From Vitrella brassicaformis CCMP3155 (lineage: Eukaryota > Protista > Chromerida), in the NCBI GenBank assembly GCA_001179505.1, contig CDMY01000022.1:1-64000 (forward strand): a stretch of DNA of 64,000 nt, written 5' to 3'. Numbering within the stretch: position 1 is the first letter of the stretch; every line of letters begins with the position of its first letter. A model generated the notes under the pieces. That model worked only from the letters and a program-made list of their open reading frames with translations. It had not been told where the DNA came from and ran no database searches. Position numbers and translations under genes: made by a program. Positions 40,929-53,177 of the stretch are shown piece after piece.

Positions 40929-41600
40929 ATGGCAGGCTGTTCCTTGTCATGCGACTTGTATCCATCCGCAACAAACCTGATGAATGCGCACCGACATGAA
41001 CGCATCTGTGGATCGGATGCCTTCGACAGTCACGGGGACGTGTGGTTGACCTGCTTACATGCTATTGCGGCTGCTACTTCGTCCGATGAGATCAGGACGA
41101 TTGTCCACGCCCTCAGAAACCGACCTATGGACAGACAGACCATGGGAATCTTCAAGATTCCATGTGGGGTGGTTCTTCACTTGCAATTAATGCCATATGT
41201 ACTGACTCAGCTACGGGAGCCGCCTTCTCGTCTTTCGTGCTCTCCTCAGTCTGCTCTTTCTTCAGCCGCAGCCTTTTTTCCTTTCTCCTCTGCTGCCGCG
41301 ACTTGGGATTTCGGTTCCCTTTGCGCTTGCGGCCGCGATCTGGACGATCGATGGACGAATCTGCGGTTTTCTCCATCACTTCGCCTTCCTCCTCATCTCC
41401 ATGTCCCCAAGGGGTCCTGCGGATTTACATTGGATTTACATCCGTCCAAGATGTCTGTCGATATCATTCTATCCTCTGTGTCTGTCTACAGGGGAAATGG
41501 CCCACTTACTTTCACCTCAACGGATTGCTTCAACCGTCTACGGCCATTGACCATCCATCCATCCACACCAACATGCACGACCATCAAAACGTCTGTATGA
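40929..41600 (+). CDS. Intronless hypothetical protein (223 aa), possibly a lineage-specific multicopy family member
   Basis: Non-repetitive open ORF (…FSSAAATWDFGSLCACGRDLD…), with a decayed paralogous 5' segment ~360 bp upstream. Confidence 0.4.
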   Translation: MAGCSLSCDLYPSATNLMNAHRHERICGSDAFDSHGDVWLTCLHAIAAATSSDEIRTIVHALRNRPMDRQTMGIFKIPCGVVLHLQLMPYVLTQLREPPSRLSCSPQSALSSAAAFFPFSSAAATWDFGSLCACGRDLDDRWTNLRFSPSLRLPPHLHVPKGSCGFTLDLHPSKMSVDIILSSVSVYRGNGPLTFTSTDCFNRLRPLTIHPSTPTCTTIKTSV

Positions 41601-41864
41601 AAACACGTCGCACACACATGCACACGCATCACAGCAGTGGCCTGTCCAGCCCCCCTGCCCCCTCCCCTCCCCGCCCCCCAGCTACCTACACACGCAAAGA
41701 CTGAGAGAGAGAGAGAGAGAGAGAGAGAGCTATGGTCCCCCCATCCCCTCATCCATCCATCCGTCCATCCATCCATCCGTTCATCCATCCGTCCATCCAT
41801 CGGTATCTACCGTCACTCATCGGTATCTACCGTCACTCCATCGCTCAGTCAGTCAGTCAGTCCG

Positions 41865-42764
41865 TCAGTCCTTGCCTTTGCCGCCCTTGCCCTTTTGTGG
41901 CGAGTGTGTGGGTGTGGGGTGTGTGTATCGCTTGACGAACTCGGGGAAGACGTCCTTGCGGATATAGAAGCAGAGGTAGCAGTCCTTGGCGATGCGCCTG
42001 AGCAGCCGATCCACCGAGCCGTCAGCCTCCTTGGCGCACTGCTTGACCGGGTCGACCGTCTCATACTGACGCACACACACACACACAGACAGAGAGAGAG
42101 AGAGGGAGAGGGATGGACCAATCAGCAGCACAAGGGTGTGGGGTGTGTGTGTACGGTGAAGACGCGCGAGTCGTCGAAGACCCTCCAGTTGCCCTCTTCG
42201 TCCTGACAAGACGACACCACACAACAGACAGACAACAGAGACCTTTCAACACATGGACACACCACCACCTCGCCTCCCTCCCTCGCTCACCCGGGCATAG
42301 CACACATAGTGTCCGGAGCGCATGGATCCGCTCTGGTGCGCCACCACACACAGCAGCTGGTAGTCCAGACACGGCACTGGGTGACGCAGATCCCCCCCCC
42401 CCCCACCACCAGCACCAGCAGCTGCTGCCGCCGCTGAGGACGATGGCTGGTGTGGCTGCTGTGGCTGGGTGTCGGTGGTGATGCCCGCGCCCCACTGCTG
42501 GGCCTCGCGTATGAAGGAGTTGTTGTCGAGTCGGTCCTGGTTCTCGTCGGACGCCCAGTACTCGTGGTCGAAGAAGTCAGCTGATGAATGAGAATGCATC
42601 AACCAACCAACACACATCACACCCACACACACACAGAGAGAGAGAGAGAGAGATGTGGTTTGGTGTATCGTGTGTGTGTGGGTGTGTTGGGTTACTGACT
42701 GATGGAGAAACCCGATGGGCAGTCGACGGCAATGGTGCACTTGCGATAGCTGCACAGCAACACA

Positions 42765-42798
<34 letters not shown>

Positions 42799-44156
42799 TA
42801 TTGAGATTGGGGGGTGTCTGGTGCCCCTGTCTGTGTGTGTGTACCGTCCGGCGATGCCGCTCTCCTCGTATCTCTTGAGGTTGCAGGTGAGGATGAGCGG
42901 GGCCTCCTGCATGCGGTACTTCTTGCGCACCAACTTGTACCCACACACGTCGCACAACAACTCGGCTGTCGTCGTCTGTCGGTGTGGATGTATCACACAC
43001 ACACACACACACAACCCAGGCAGATGATCAGCTGGACGGATGGATGGATGTGCCTCGACCCACCCGGAAGAACTGGTCCAGGACGAACCGCAGCGACACA
43101 CGCTTGTCAACGTCTCTATCCCTGACCATCCCACAGACACAGACACACACAGACCCCACAACCATCCATCCACCCCTCTCCTTTCTCCCCCTCCCCCAGT
43201 GCTGCCTCACCCGCCAAGCAGCTTCCGATTTTTGCCCTTGTCCTTCTTCGTGTCCGGCGAGGACGGCGCGCTCTCTACATCATCCTTGTCGCCACCACCC
43301 GTCCCCTCCCCCTCCCCCTCCCCCTTGCCGCCCCCACCGCCCTTGAGCCGCTTCCCGCAGCCCTGGGACGGCCGGATCGTGCGCTCCTCGCTGCGGCCCC
43401 TCTTGCGCGCGCAGGGGTCGGTCTGGTCTTCCTCCTCGGATATCTCGTCTGCGTTGATGGGCGATTGGGGCTGCATGAGGGGGGGCGCGGGGCTCATGAT
43501 GGGGTCGTCATCGTCGTCGGCGGCGGGTCCGCTGTGTCGGAGGTGGCTGGCGGGCTGCTTCTTGGGGGTGCAGAAGATGTAATTCTTCTCCTTCTTGCTG
43601 CGGCTGTCCTGCTGCTGCTGCTGGTCTTGGTCGTTGTCTGGGGACGCGTCGAGAGTCGGGGGGAAGAGCTCGTCCTCCTCCTGCCCGCCGCCCCCACCGC
43701 CGTCGCCCTGCAGAAGCTCGTCGTAGCCCTCGTCCTGCATGGCCCCATCGCCATCACCACTGCCTCCGCCACCACCACCGCCACCAGCTGCTGCTGCAGC
43801 AGGGGCCTCGTCGGCGTCGTCATCCTCTACTTCTATGACCTCGGGGCCCTCGACCCCACCCCCACCCTCTCCCCCAGCCGCCCCCTCGCCCTCTCCGTCC
43901 ATCTCCTCCTCTGTGTCTGGTTTGCCCTTGCCCTCCTCCTTGGCGGCAGCGGCAGCAGCGGCCTGCTCCTCGAGCTTCTTGAGGGCCTCGATGTCCTTTG
44001 GCCAGAGGCCGTTGGCGTCTTGTCGGGGGAAGGGGGTGATCTCGGGCTCGTGCATCTCGTACTCGCCAGTGCGGGAGCGGGGCAGGTCGACGTTGAGGAA
44101 GTTCTCGGGCACCTCCATGAAGCGACTGAATGAACTCACCAGACGGACACACACAA

Positions 44157-44188
<32 letters not shown>

Positions 44189-44451
44189 GGATGGTGTGTG
44201 AGTGGGGAGGGGAGGGGGTGCGGTGGGGGAGGCGTACGTGTATACGCATGAGATGCAGCAGACTTGCTCGCGGAGGACGACGCGGAAGTACTTGTGCAGG
44301 GCGAGGAACGGGAAGGCGTCCGGGTCGACGGGCGCGTTGGGGTCCTTGATGCCCAGGCTCTCGCGCACGTACAGCTCCATCTGCTCCTTGTTGCCGTCTA
44401 CCAGAAAATGCGCAAACTCACCAGCATCCTAACACACACACACACACATGA

Positions 44452-44482
<31 letters not shown>

Positions 44483-45067
44483 CGTCAGTGAATACCTCCT
44501 GGCCGCCGCCCTCGAATGCCGGCACGAGTGTGGTGAACTCGCGCAGGAAGGACCTTGGCATGATGGGCCCGTTCTCCGAGCCCTCCTCCACCATGCCCAT
44601 CTGGTGCAGCACCCCGGCCGTCTCGTTGTAGAAGGCGCACTCATAGTCGGAGGGGATCTTGAGGACGTACAGGCCCAGGCAGCCGATCGGCGCAGTAGCG
44701 AATGTGGCGTCGTTGTCGACAGGCCTGACGTTGCGGCCTATGAGGTGGTTCCTCCACGCCTAAAGGCATCCAGGCATAGATACGGCCAGATACAAAACAG
44801 GTGGGTGTGGCTGTCTGTCTCTGTGTGTGTGGGTGTGGGTGTGGGTGTGTGTGTTGAGCGTCATACGGCGGGGAATTGCAGGTATTCCTTGACGAAGGGC
44901 TTGAACTGGTTGAAGGACTGCAGCACCGCGTTGGCGTAGCAGCTGTTGCCGAGGTTGCGCATCCTGATGGACAAACAACACAACACAACACAACACAACA
45001 CAACACATTGGTGACGGACGCCCCACATGTGCAGCTGTGTCCGCCTCTTCCCCTCCCTGTCCCTCCG

Positions 45068-45103
<36 letters not shown>

Positions 45104-46906
45104 CGTGTGTGTGTGTGTGTGTGTGTGGTCACTCACCCCGCGCCGCCGGGCGCCCCCCGTCCGGCCCGCAATCGGTTGACTGCGAGGCTCGGCCGGCCTC
45201 GACCAGGACGACAGCAAGCCCCACCAGCACCACCAGCACCACTGCCGCCCCCGCCACCTCCACGCCCAGCGCCAGCAGCGACATTCTGACGCACCACACG
45301 CCCGACCGATACATATGTAGCCACCCATCCATGTGTGTGGGGTGCAGTGCGTGCGTGCAGTCTTTTCACCTTGGCCGCCAGCGCCCACTTGGGGACGGGG
45401 GGAGGGACTGACAGCGTATGAGACCACAGGATAGACACCACACCACACCATCGACATGTCCTCAACTGACTGTTTTGTTGCCGTGTGCAAAGGTGCGGTG
45501 TGATGTGGTGCGGTGACTGACCGTGGGGTTTGGCCTTTGGGTGCGCTGCTTTGGGCTGAGCCTTTGCCGCTGGATGGAGAACGGCCCGCAGGTCCGCCGG
45601 CCGATTCGCGCCAACGCCACCGCCAACAGCAACACCAACATTACCTCTACCCCCTGAACACACAAATGGACGGACGGCAGGGAAGCAACCGAATGATTTC
45701 TCTGTGTGTGGAGCACTTTTCTTTCTGTCTGTGGGTCGACTGACCTCGGTTCCGTCCGCCCCCCGCCCCACCCCGTCCTTGCCCACTGCGATTCGGTGCC
45801 GCCCCGCCGTCCTGGCCACGGTAACCACCGCGACCACCTCCACCACCACCACCTCCCCCGCCAGCACCCCGTCCAGCACCGATCCCACCTGTTGACGACG
45901 TGACAGTGGACAACACACGCCCCATGTGTGTTTGTTTGCCGGGTGGGCGATGTCGATGAGGGGAGGGATGGGGAGAGGGGAGGGTAGCTTACCTGACGAG
46001 TGCAGGGCGTTTGCGCGCGGGTCTTTGTGTCGGCCACGTGGCTTGAACAGCACGGGCCCCTGCTGCATTCTGCCGATGCCGCCGACGCCGCCCATGGCGC
46101 CGCCCAGCGGTGGCGGGCCGGGGTTGACGTCAGGCTGCCCGCGTTCAGGCGGGATGTAGCTACTGCTGTAGTTGTAGTTGTAGTTGCCCTGGCCCATCAT
46201 CTGGCTGCTGGACGACATGGAAAACATCATGTGGGGGTTCGTGGGCTTGTAGCCGTCGTCGTTGGGGTTCTCGCCACCTGACCGATGGAGGGATGGAATG
46301 GAATGGGTGGACACACACACACACACACAGAGGAGAGGGGTGTGGCGGGGTGTGGTGTGGTGTGGGGGGGTGTGGGGTGTTGGTGTGTTGGTAACCTCGT
46401 TTGCGTCTGAACAGGGCGCCGTCTTTGACGTTGGGCGGCTTGAGTTGGGGGAACCTGGCGAAGAAGACCCTGAGCTGGTCTTGCCGGGGGTAGAAGTTGA
46501 CCTGGCGGTTGCTGCCAGTCTCGATGCAGGTGATGTGCTGGACGTCCCCCTTGCTGTTCATGATCGCCTTGACAGACTGAGAGTTAATCTGACGGACGCA
46601 CAGATATCAGATATCAAAAACAAACACCGCGTCACTTTTCGGTCACCGCCACACGATTCATCCGCCCGTCCACGTGTGTGCAGGTGATTCGTGATTCGTC
46701 GCTCACTCACTCACCGTGAGCTGGAGACTCCCGAGTCCATCGGCAGGTGATAGTTTGATGACGAGGAACCTGCCCTTGAGCTCGAGCGTTTTGATGTGGG
46801 CGTACTCACTGCACGCCCCGTCGCTCTGGTGAGCCACCGTCACGCGGCAGTCCATCTCAGCCTCCTTTCGGCGTCCAGCCATCAGCTCCGCCCCTTCCAT
46901 GTCCAT
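41865..46906 (-). CDS. Ubiquitin-specific protease (peptidase C19) with N-terminal extension
   Basis: Cys box G|MRNLGNSCYANAVLQ, GQEDAHEF-like segment, EAPLILTCNLKRY, His box VVAHQSGSMRSGHYVCYAR and WRVFDDSRV. Upstream coding exons to ~46906; start approximate. Confidence 0.92.
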
Positions 46907-47350
46907 GACTTCACCTCGGTGATCCGATCTGGGCTGATCTGCACGCCATACACAGCACACAGCACACGGCGCACGGCGATGGTGGTGCGGCCGCATCCAA
47001 CACGCTTCCTTGCGCCCTCCCAGCTGACCTTATGGGCTATCAGCAGACGACGTCAGATGGGTCATCGGCACGGGGGAAAGAAGATGAGAAGTCCCCGCCA
47101 TGTTCGAGAATGGCGGCTATCCATACGCAATCAGTATTACTGCATCGTCAACAGGACTCTGGCGATGTGACGCGATGATTTCTCCTTCATGGCGCGCTCA
47201 GATGCCCTCAAAACCGAACACTGCCGGCCAGGAAACCAAAGAACGCTCCATCGCGCTCAACGTTTCTGTCGTTTTCTGTCGTGCCGCCGGCATGCCTACG
47301 TCTATCGTTCCTCCATAAGCCGACCCCTTTGCTGGCGTACCCCACCCATC

Positions 47351-49767
47351 ATGGATAAGAAGGTGCGCCGAGTGCCACCCCTCCCGTCCATGGTCCGACG
47401 GGAAGAGAAGTGTTTGTGGATGTGTGTNNNNNNNNNNNNNNNNNNNNNNNNNNNNNNNNNNNNNNNNNNNNNNNNNNNNNNNNNNNNNNNNNNNNNNNNN
47501 NNNNNNNNNNNNNNNNNNNNNNNNNNNNNNNNNNNNNNNNNNNNNNNNNNNNNNNNNNNNNNNNNNNNNNNNNNNNNNNNNNNNNNNNNNNNNNNNNNNN
47601 NNNNNNNNNNNNNNNNNNNNNNNNNNNNNNNNNNNNNNNNNNNNNNNNNNNNNNNNNNNNNNNNNNNNNNNNNNNNNNNNNNNNNNNNNNNNNNNNNNNN
47701 NNNNNNNNNNNNNNNNNNNNNNNNNNNGGGGGGGGGGTGTGCAGGTGGTTGCCGAGTCGTATGCGGAGCTGCTCAAGGCGGCGGCAGGCGGCGGCGGCAG
47801 TGGGGCCTCTGCATCTGCATCTGCTGCTGCCGCCGCTGCCGCGCCTGCACTGGACAGCATGACGGCTAACGCCAAGCGGCACGGCATCGACACATACGTA
47901 CGCTGGCTGTGTGCAGCATCGCTGATGGTCGTGTGTGCATATGGTTGGGTTCTGCAGATCTACGCTCCGCCGTCCGGCCGCAAACAGGTGTGGATGGGGA
48001 TGGATGGATGGATGTCTGCTTGGTTGGATGGATGGATCTCTCTCTTCTGCACTGGCCTGGCCGCAGGAGTTGCGTGTGCGTTGGAAGGACGAGAAGGGCT
48101 TCGAGAAGATGCGCTCCTGGGGGATCCGCAAGGTCGGTCAGATACACAGAAGGAACCAACACACGACGTAGCACATCCATCCAGCCATTGTGTTGTGTTG
48201 TGTTGTGTTGTGTTGTATTGTGTTGCGTTGTGTTGTGTTGTGTTTTGGGTGCAGTATGGTCTGACGGAGGCGTCCCGACTCGCCGATGAGGTCGTCGAGG
48301 GCATCCTGGCTCAGCTCACGCACGAGGACTCGGCCAAGCGGCAGATCGCCGCGAAGAGCAAGGCCAAGCGCACCAAACCCACCACCAAAGGCAAAGCCAC
48401 CAACCAGCAGGTACTTCTCTACTACCTCGGGCCTAGGGGACGAGACGACAACACGAAGTGCAACAAGCTCCCATTGTGTGTCATGTGTTGTGTGTTTTGT
48501 GTTGCTGTCCTTCGTCGCCATGTGTGTGTGCAGGGCGTTTCGTGTGGTGTGGATGATGATGGCGAGGATGTCGACGTGGAATCCCTCATGCACACCACCG
48601 GCACCACCACCGACAGCGCCACCACGAGCACTGCTGCTGCCCAAGACGAGAACAATAAGGGCAAGGATAAGGACGACCGTGCCGCCCACGGCCAGGCCCC
48701 CGCTCTCCGCCCCCGCGGCAGACCCAAGAAGGCGGCATCGCCGGCCGCTGCGACCGGCAAGACCAACAGCAAGGCCAAGGCTAAGAGGGCGGGGGGCAAG
48801 AGGCCGCCGCTGCTACCGGTGGGCGTGTCTGCGGCTGGAAGAGGATGCTACACATACACCCGTGTCGCAAGTGCTGACATGTGAGCCGGGGAGAGAGGGG
48901 NNNNNNNNNNNNNNNNNNNNNNNNNNNNNNNNNNNNNNNNNNNNNNNNNNNNNNNNNNNNNNNNNNNNNNNNNNNNNNNNNNNNNNNNNNNNNNNNNNNN
49001 NNNNNNNNNNNNNNNNNNNNNNNNNNNNNNNNNNNNNNNNNNNNNNNNNNNNNNNNNNNNNNNNNNNNNNNNNNNNNNNNNNNNNNNNNNNNNNNNNNNN
49101 NNNNNNNNNNNNNNNNNNNNNNNNNNNNNNNNNNNNNNNNNNNNNNNNNNNNNNNNNNNNNNNNNNNNNNNNNNNNNNNNNNNNNNNNNNNNNNNNNNNN
49201 GGGGGGGGGGGGAGAGGGTGTGTTGATGTAATGCATCGTGTGTTGGTGTGTGTTGGTGTGTGTGGTCAGTTCCTACCCTGGTGTGTATACGGATAAGGCT
49301 AAGGCTGAGAAGCGCCTGTACAAGACGCCTGACGAGGCCGCCGTCGCATACGATCTCTCGCTCATGGTGGGTGGGTGGGTGAGGGATGGGCCACACACAG
49401 CACACCATACCACAACACGTGCACCCTCTCCTCGATTCCCCTGTGTGTGTTCCATCCATCCATTGGTCATCAGGCTGCCACGTGTGCCGACCTGACTCAG
49501 TGCCCCACCCCCGCCCCCCTGACCCTCAACCACCCGGCGCACTACCCCCTCTACGCCAGCTACCTCACTGCACACCCGCCCACCAACACACTCAAGAAGC
49601 AGGACGATGCCGAGCGCCTCATGGCGCAGCTCTCGCACTCACACGGCCGTGCGGGCGACGTGGACATGATGGAGGCGTCGGCGGCAGCGGCCCTGCTGAT
49701 GCTCAGCCGCTCTGCGGTCAAGGCAGAGCCGCGCAAGGCCGAGCTCGTGCTGCTGGCCGAGGTGTGA
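47351..49767 (+). CDS. AP2-domain DNA-binding protein (ApiAP2-type domain plus second plant-like degenerate AP2)
   Basis: Spliced RHGIDTY|IYAPPSGRKQ|ELRVRWKDEKGFEKMRSWGIRK|YGLTEASRLADEVVEGI, then SYPGVYTDK...TPDEAAVAYDLSLM|...TLNHP. Two N-gaps fall inside the gene. Confidence 0.75.
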
Positions 49768-52012
49768 GAGGGTGGGGGAGACACGCAGGTGCAGTGGACG
49801 TGGGAACATGTGGCGGCAGAGTGCACCATATGTGGGTGAGATTGGGTGGTGGGGTGGGGTGGGGTGGGGTGTGTGTGGGTGCGTGAGGTGAGTGGCGCAT
49901 CTATCGTAATTACACACGTGTGCTTCCCGCACATCCAGCGATATGAATGGGTCTGTCTCGCATTCATGTCTGTCCGTCTGGGTGTCTGTCTGTCTGTTTT
50001 GACGCTTTCGCACGTGCTCACGATGAGAATCGCTCTGCAGACACACAAACCGCAGAGAGAGACAGTACGACAGGCAGGCAGACGGAGAGAAAGACATCAT
50101 TGCAATGAGTAGCAGGGGGACGTCGCATACACCTGCTGACGGCGATGTGTGTGTGTGTGTGTGTGTGACTGTGTGAGTGTGTGTGTGTTTGTCGATGCGG
50201 GGCTGGCTGGGGATGAAGGATTACAACTCGATTTGCTCAATCAGAGTCAGTGTGTCTCATGCACAGGCAGGATTCCGATATCAGATCCATCCATCCATCC
50301 AGACACACACGCACACACAAGATTCCAACACACATGTCAATGGCTGCCCACAGCAGAGACACTCACCCAGCGCGCCGTTCCTCCCGCTGCGTCGGAGGGA
50401 AGGCACCCCGACGCCACCCAAACAGCTCGTGGGTACGACACCACCGACACACACCTGCACACAGGCAATGCAGCCACAGACAGGGGTGTCTCCCTGCATG
50501 TGTGTACCGTGCCCCTCCCTCCCTCTCTCCCCTGTCGCCCCACTGCACACGCGCGTCGGCTGCTTGTGTCTGCAGGTAATAATGTCTTCAAGCTGACCAG
50601 CCAGCACAGTCAGCTTGAAGACGAAAAGTGTCGAGATCGTGATAGACACGGCGAGGCCATAAGACCCCAAAATTTGGAGTGCCAGCTTCAGCTTCGTGTA
50701 CATCGATTTATCAGTGGGGTAATTCGCCAGACTCAATTAATGTCGTGTGGCGCTGATATAGGTAATTAGCTAAGTGTTCTCATTCCCATGTCCCCTCCCT
50801 GGTCGCATTGGTGTCATGACGTCTCGCTTCGTTCCACACCCTCCCTCCCTCCCATCTTCATGATGGCCCCCCACCACCACACGCACACACACACACACCC
50901 TTCCCCCTCCATCCACACCCACACAAAGCAGCCGATCAAATTGCAGCCGATCGTCCGGCCCGCACGCACTCCTGATTCGAGGACGTACGACTGCCTGGCA
51001 GACAGCCACACAGTGACACAGTATGACACACATATGGCCACAGGTGCAGTTGTCGATTACAAAGAGACACACACAGAACCAAGAAACAAACTAGCGGCGG
51101 GGTGCGATGTTTCCTTCCATCCCACCCCCGCATGCAAATACACACATCCGCACACAGACATACACACATGCAGACGCAACACGCACAAACAAGGGTTGTT
51201 TCGCTGCACTGGCTGGCGATGTACGGGTGGGGTGGTGAATGAGACGATAGACACCTCTGGACCGACCAAGACAGAAGAGAAAAAACGGCGACAAGGAGGG
51301 ATGAATACACAGGCATGTGTGTGTGTTGGGGGGNNNNNNNNNNNNNNNNNNNNNNNNNNNNNNNNNNNNNNNNNNNNNNNNNNNNNNNNNNNNNNNNNNN
51401 NNNNNNNNNNNNNNNNNNNNNNNNNNNNNNNNNNNNNNNNNNNNNNNNNNNNNNNNNNNNNNNNNNNNNNNNNNNNNNNNNNNNNNNNNNNNNNNNNNNN
51501 NNNNNNNNNNNNNNNNNNNNNNNNNNNNNNNNNNNNNNNNNNNNNNNNNNNNNNNNNNNNNNNNNNNNNNNNNNNNNNNNNNNNNNNNNNNNNNNNNNNN
51601 NNNNNNNNNNNNNNNNNNNNNNNNNNNNNNNNNGGGGGGGGGGGGGGGGGGAGATGTGTCTATGGTACAGGCCAACGCACACAAGAGAGTGAGCACAAGT
51701 GTGGACGAGTCAGTCGAGTGCCCAGATATCGTTGCCTGCCGGATGCCGTGGTGCGCACGGGCGGCCTAAGAATAAAGAATGGCTGACTGCATGACGTCAC
51801 GTGCGTGTTGTGGGTTATCAGACTCTCTCGTCCCCACTGAAGGAACCAGAAATCAAATACGCTCATGCAGCCAGCCAATTTCACGCATGCAACGCAACCA
51901 TGTACCCGCCCGACACAGACAGACAGACAGACGCCCCAGCCAGCATTTGCACATTCACCGACCAAATCAAGAAAGAGAGGACGATCGACCGAGTGAATCG
52001 TCTGTTCACCGC

Positions 52013-52781
52013 CTAGAATCTGAGAAGGTTTCGTCCTGAGCCATTCTCAACCTCGTCCGCAGGCTCCTCGAAGGCGGCCCCAAACACATGACGCAGCTCG
52101 GTGCTGTTCAGCTCATCGAACTGGGCCACGGGTACGTTTTCGACGGTAGTTTCATTGCCGCGACGGACAATAGGAAAAGGCCCGTCTTTCTCCGACACGC
52201 CAATGGGCCTCCCACCGGGGCAACTGAGGGTGATTGTTGTCAGAGAATTACCACTTTCATGTCTGATAAACTCGTTGAATCTCTGAAACAAACGGACACA
52301 CTCGCATAAGCGCAACGACATCTCGAGATGTGCCTCTACACTTACACCTCCGAGACAATCACTGGTGGCGTCACCAGTCCAGCGGATTGGGCGTGGGAAG
52401 ACACTTCCAGAGGGTGGGCGGCGTTGGCCGTTAGCCGCCCACAAGTGGAAGTCGCCAGTGTGGTCGACAGGACTGCGAGACACACATAACACGACTGTAC
52501 CACGGTCGTGCATTTGGGATGCTGTGCAGGTGGGATACTGAGCATTCGGTATCTCACCTGAGAAGTTTGCAGCCCCTTTTCGGAAGGCGGAAAAAGCCAC
52601 AGGTGGGAGAGGTGGGATTCTTCGGAAAGACTCTGAGAAGAAAAAAGGGCCCTTCATCGAAAGTTGCACTCCTAGGACCGGGGCACTCGTTGCACACTTG
52701 AAAAGAATGGGCTGAGGTCCCGGGCAGAAAAATCGACGCGCTCAGCAGAGCCAGGGCGATCGCAGCGAGAGAGTGGGCCAT
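52013..52781 (-). CDS. Secreted Cys-containing putative glycoprotein, 3 exons, unknown family
   Basis: Signal peptide MAHSLAAIALALLSASIFLPGTSA. Exons join in phase (KLL|SPVDH; DCLGG|RFNEF). N-glycosylation sequons NET, NST, NGS. Confidence 0.65.
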
Positions 52782-53177
52782 CCTGAGAGAAGGCTGGGAA
52801 GGCTGACGGCCGCGTGGACAGCGTGTGTGAAGGACTGGGGGTCCCTCTGCTTCTCGCCCTGCTCCCTTTCCCAGACCGCTGCCGTTAACGTCTTCGGTTA
52901 GCGTCCTCCTCCATTTGGATCGCAGGAATGGGTAACCTTCGCCACTCGCCCCTACATCGGTCCTGATGTGAGAGCGGAGAGAACGCCAAATTGGCCGGGA
53001 TGACATGGAATCTAAGCTCGCAAGCATGGCTCGCCAGATGTGAAAACCGCTGCGTGCGAAAAGCGCTCAGTAAAACGAATACAAACAGTGGAATCCGCCC
53101 GAGGTGATGTCGCCATTTCTTTCTTATTCGAGATCTACGACCTTCTTAAATCGGTGACTAGAAGTTGTTGTGGCGTC

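Noticed and set aside
45129-45332. Hydrophobic ORF MSLLALGVEVAGAAVVLVV suggesting a TM-anchored USP
   Set aside because: Splice phase into GMRNLGN requires the alternative Gly-rich frame (…RGAPGGAG), so the TM reading is off-frame.
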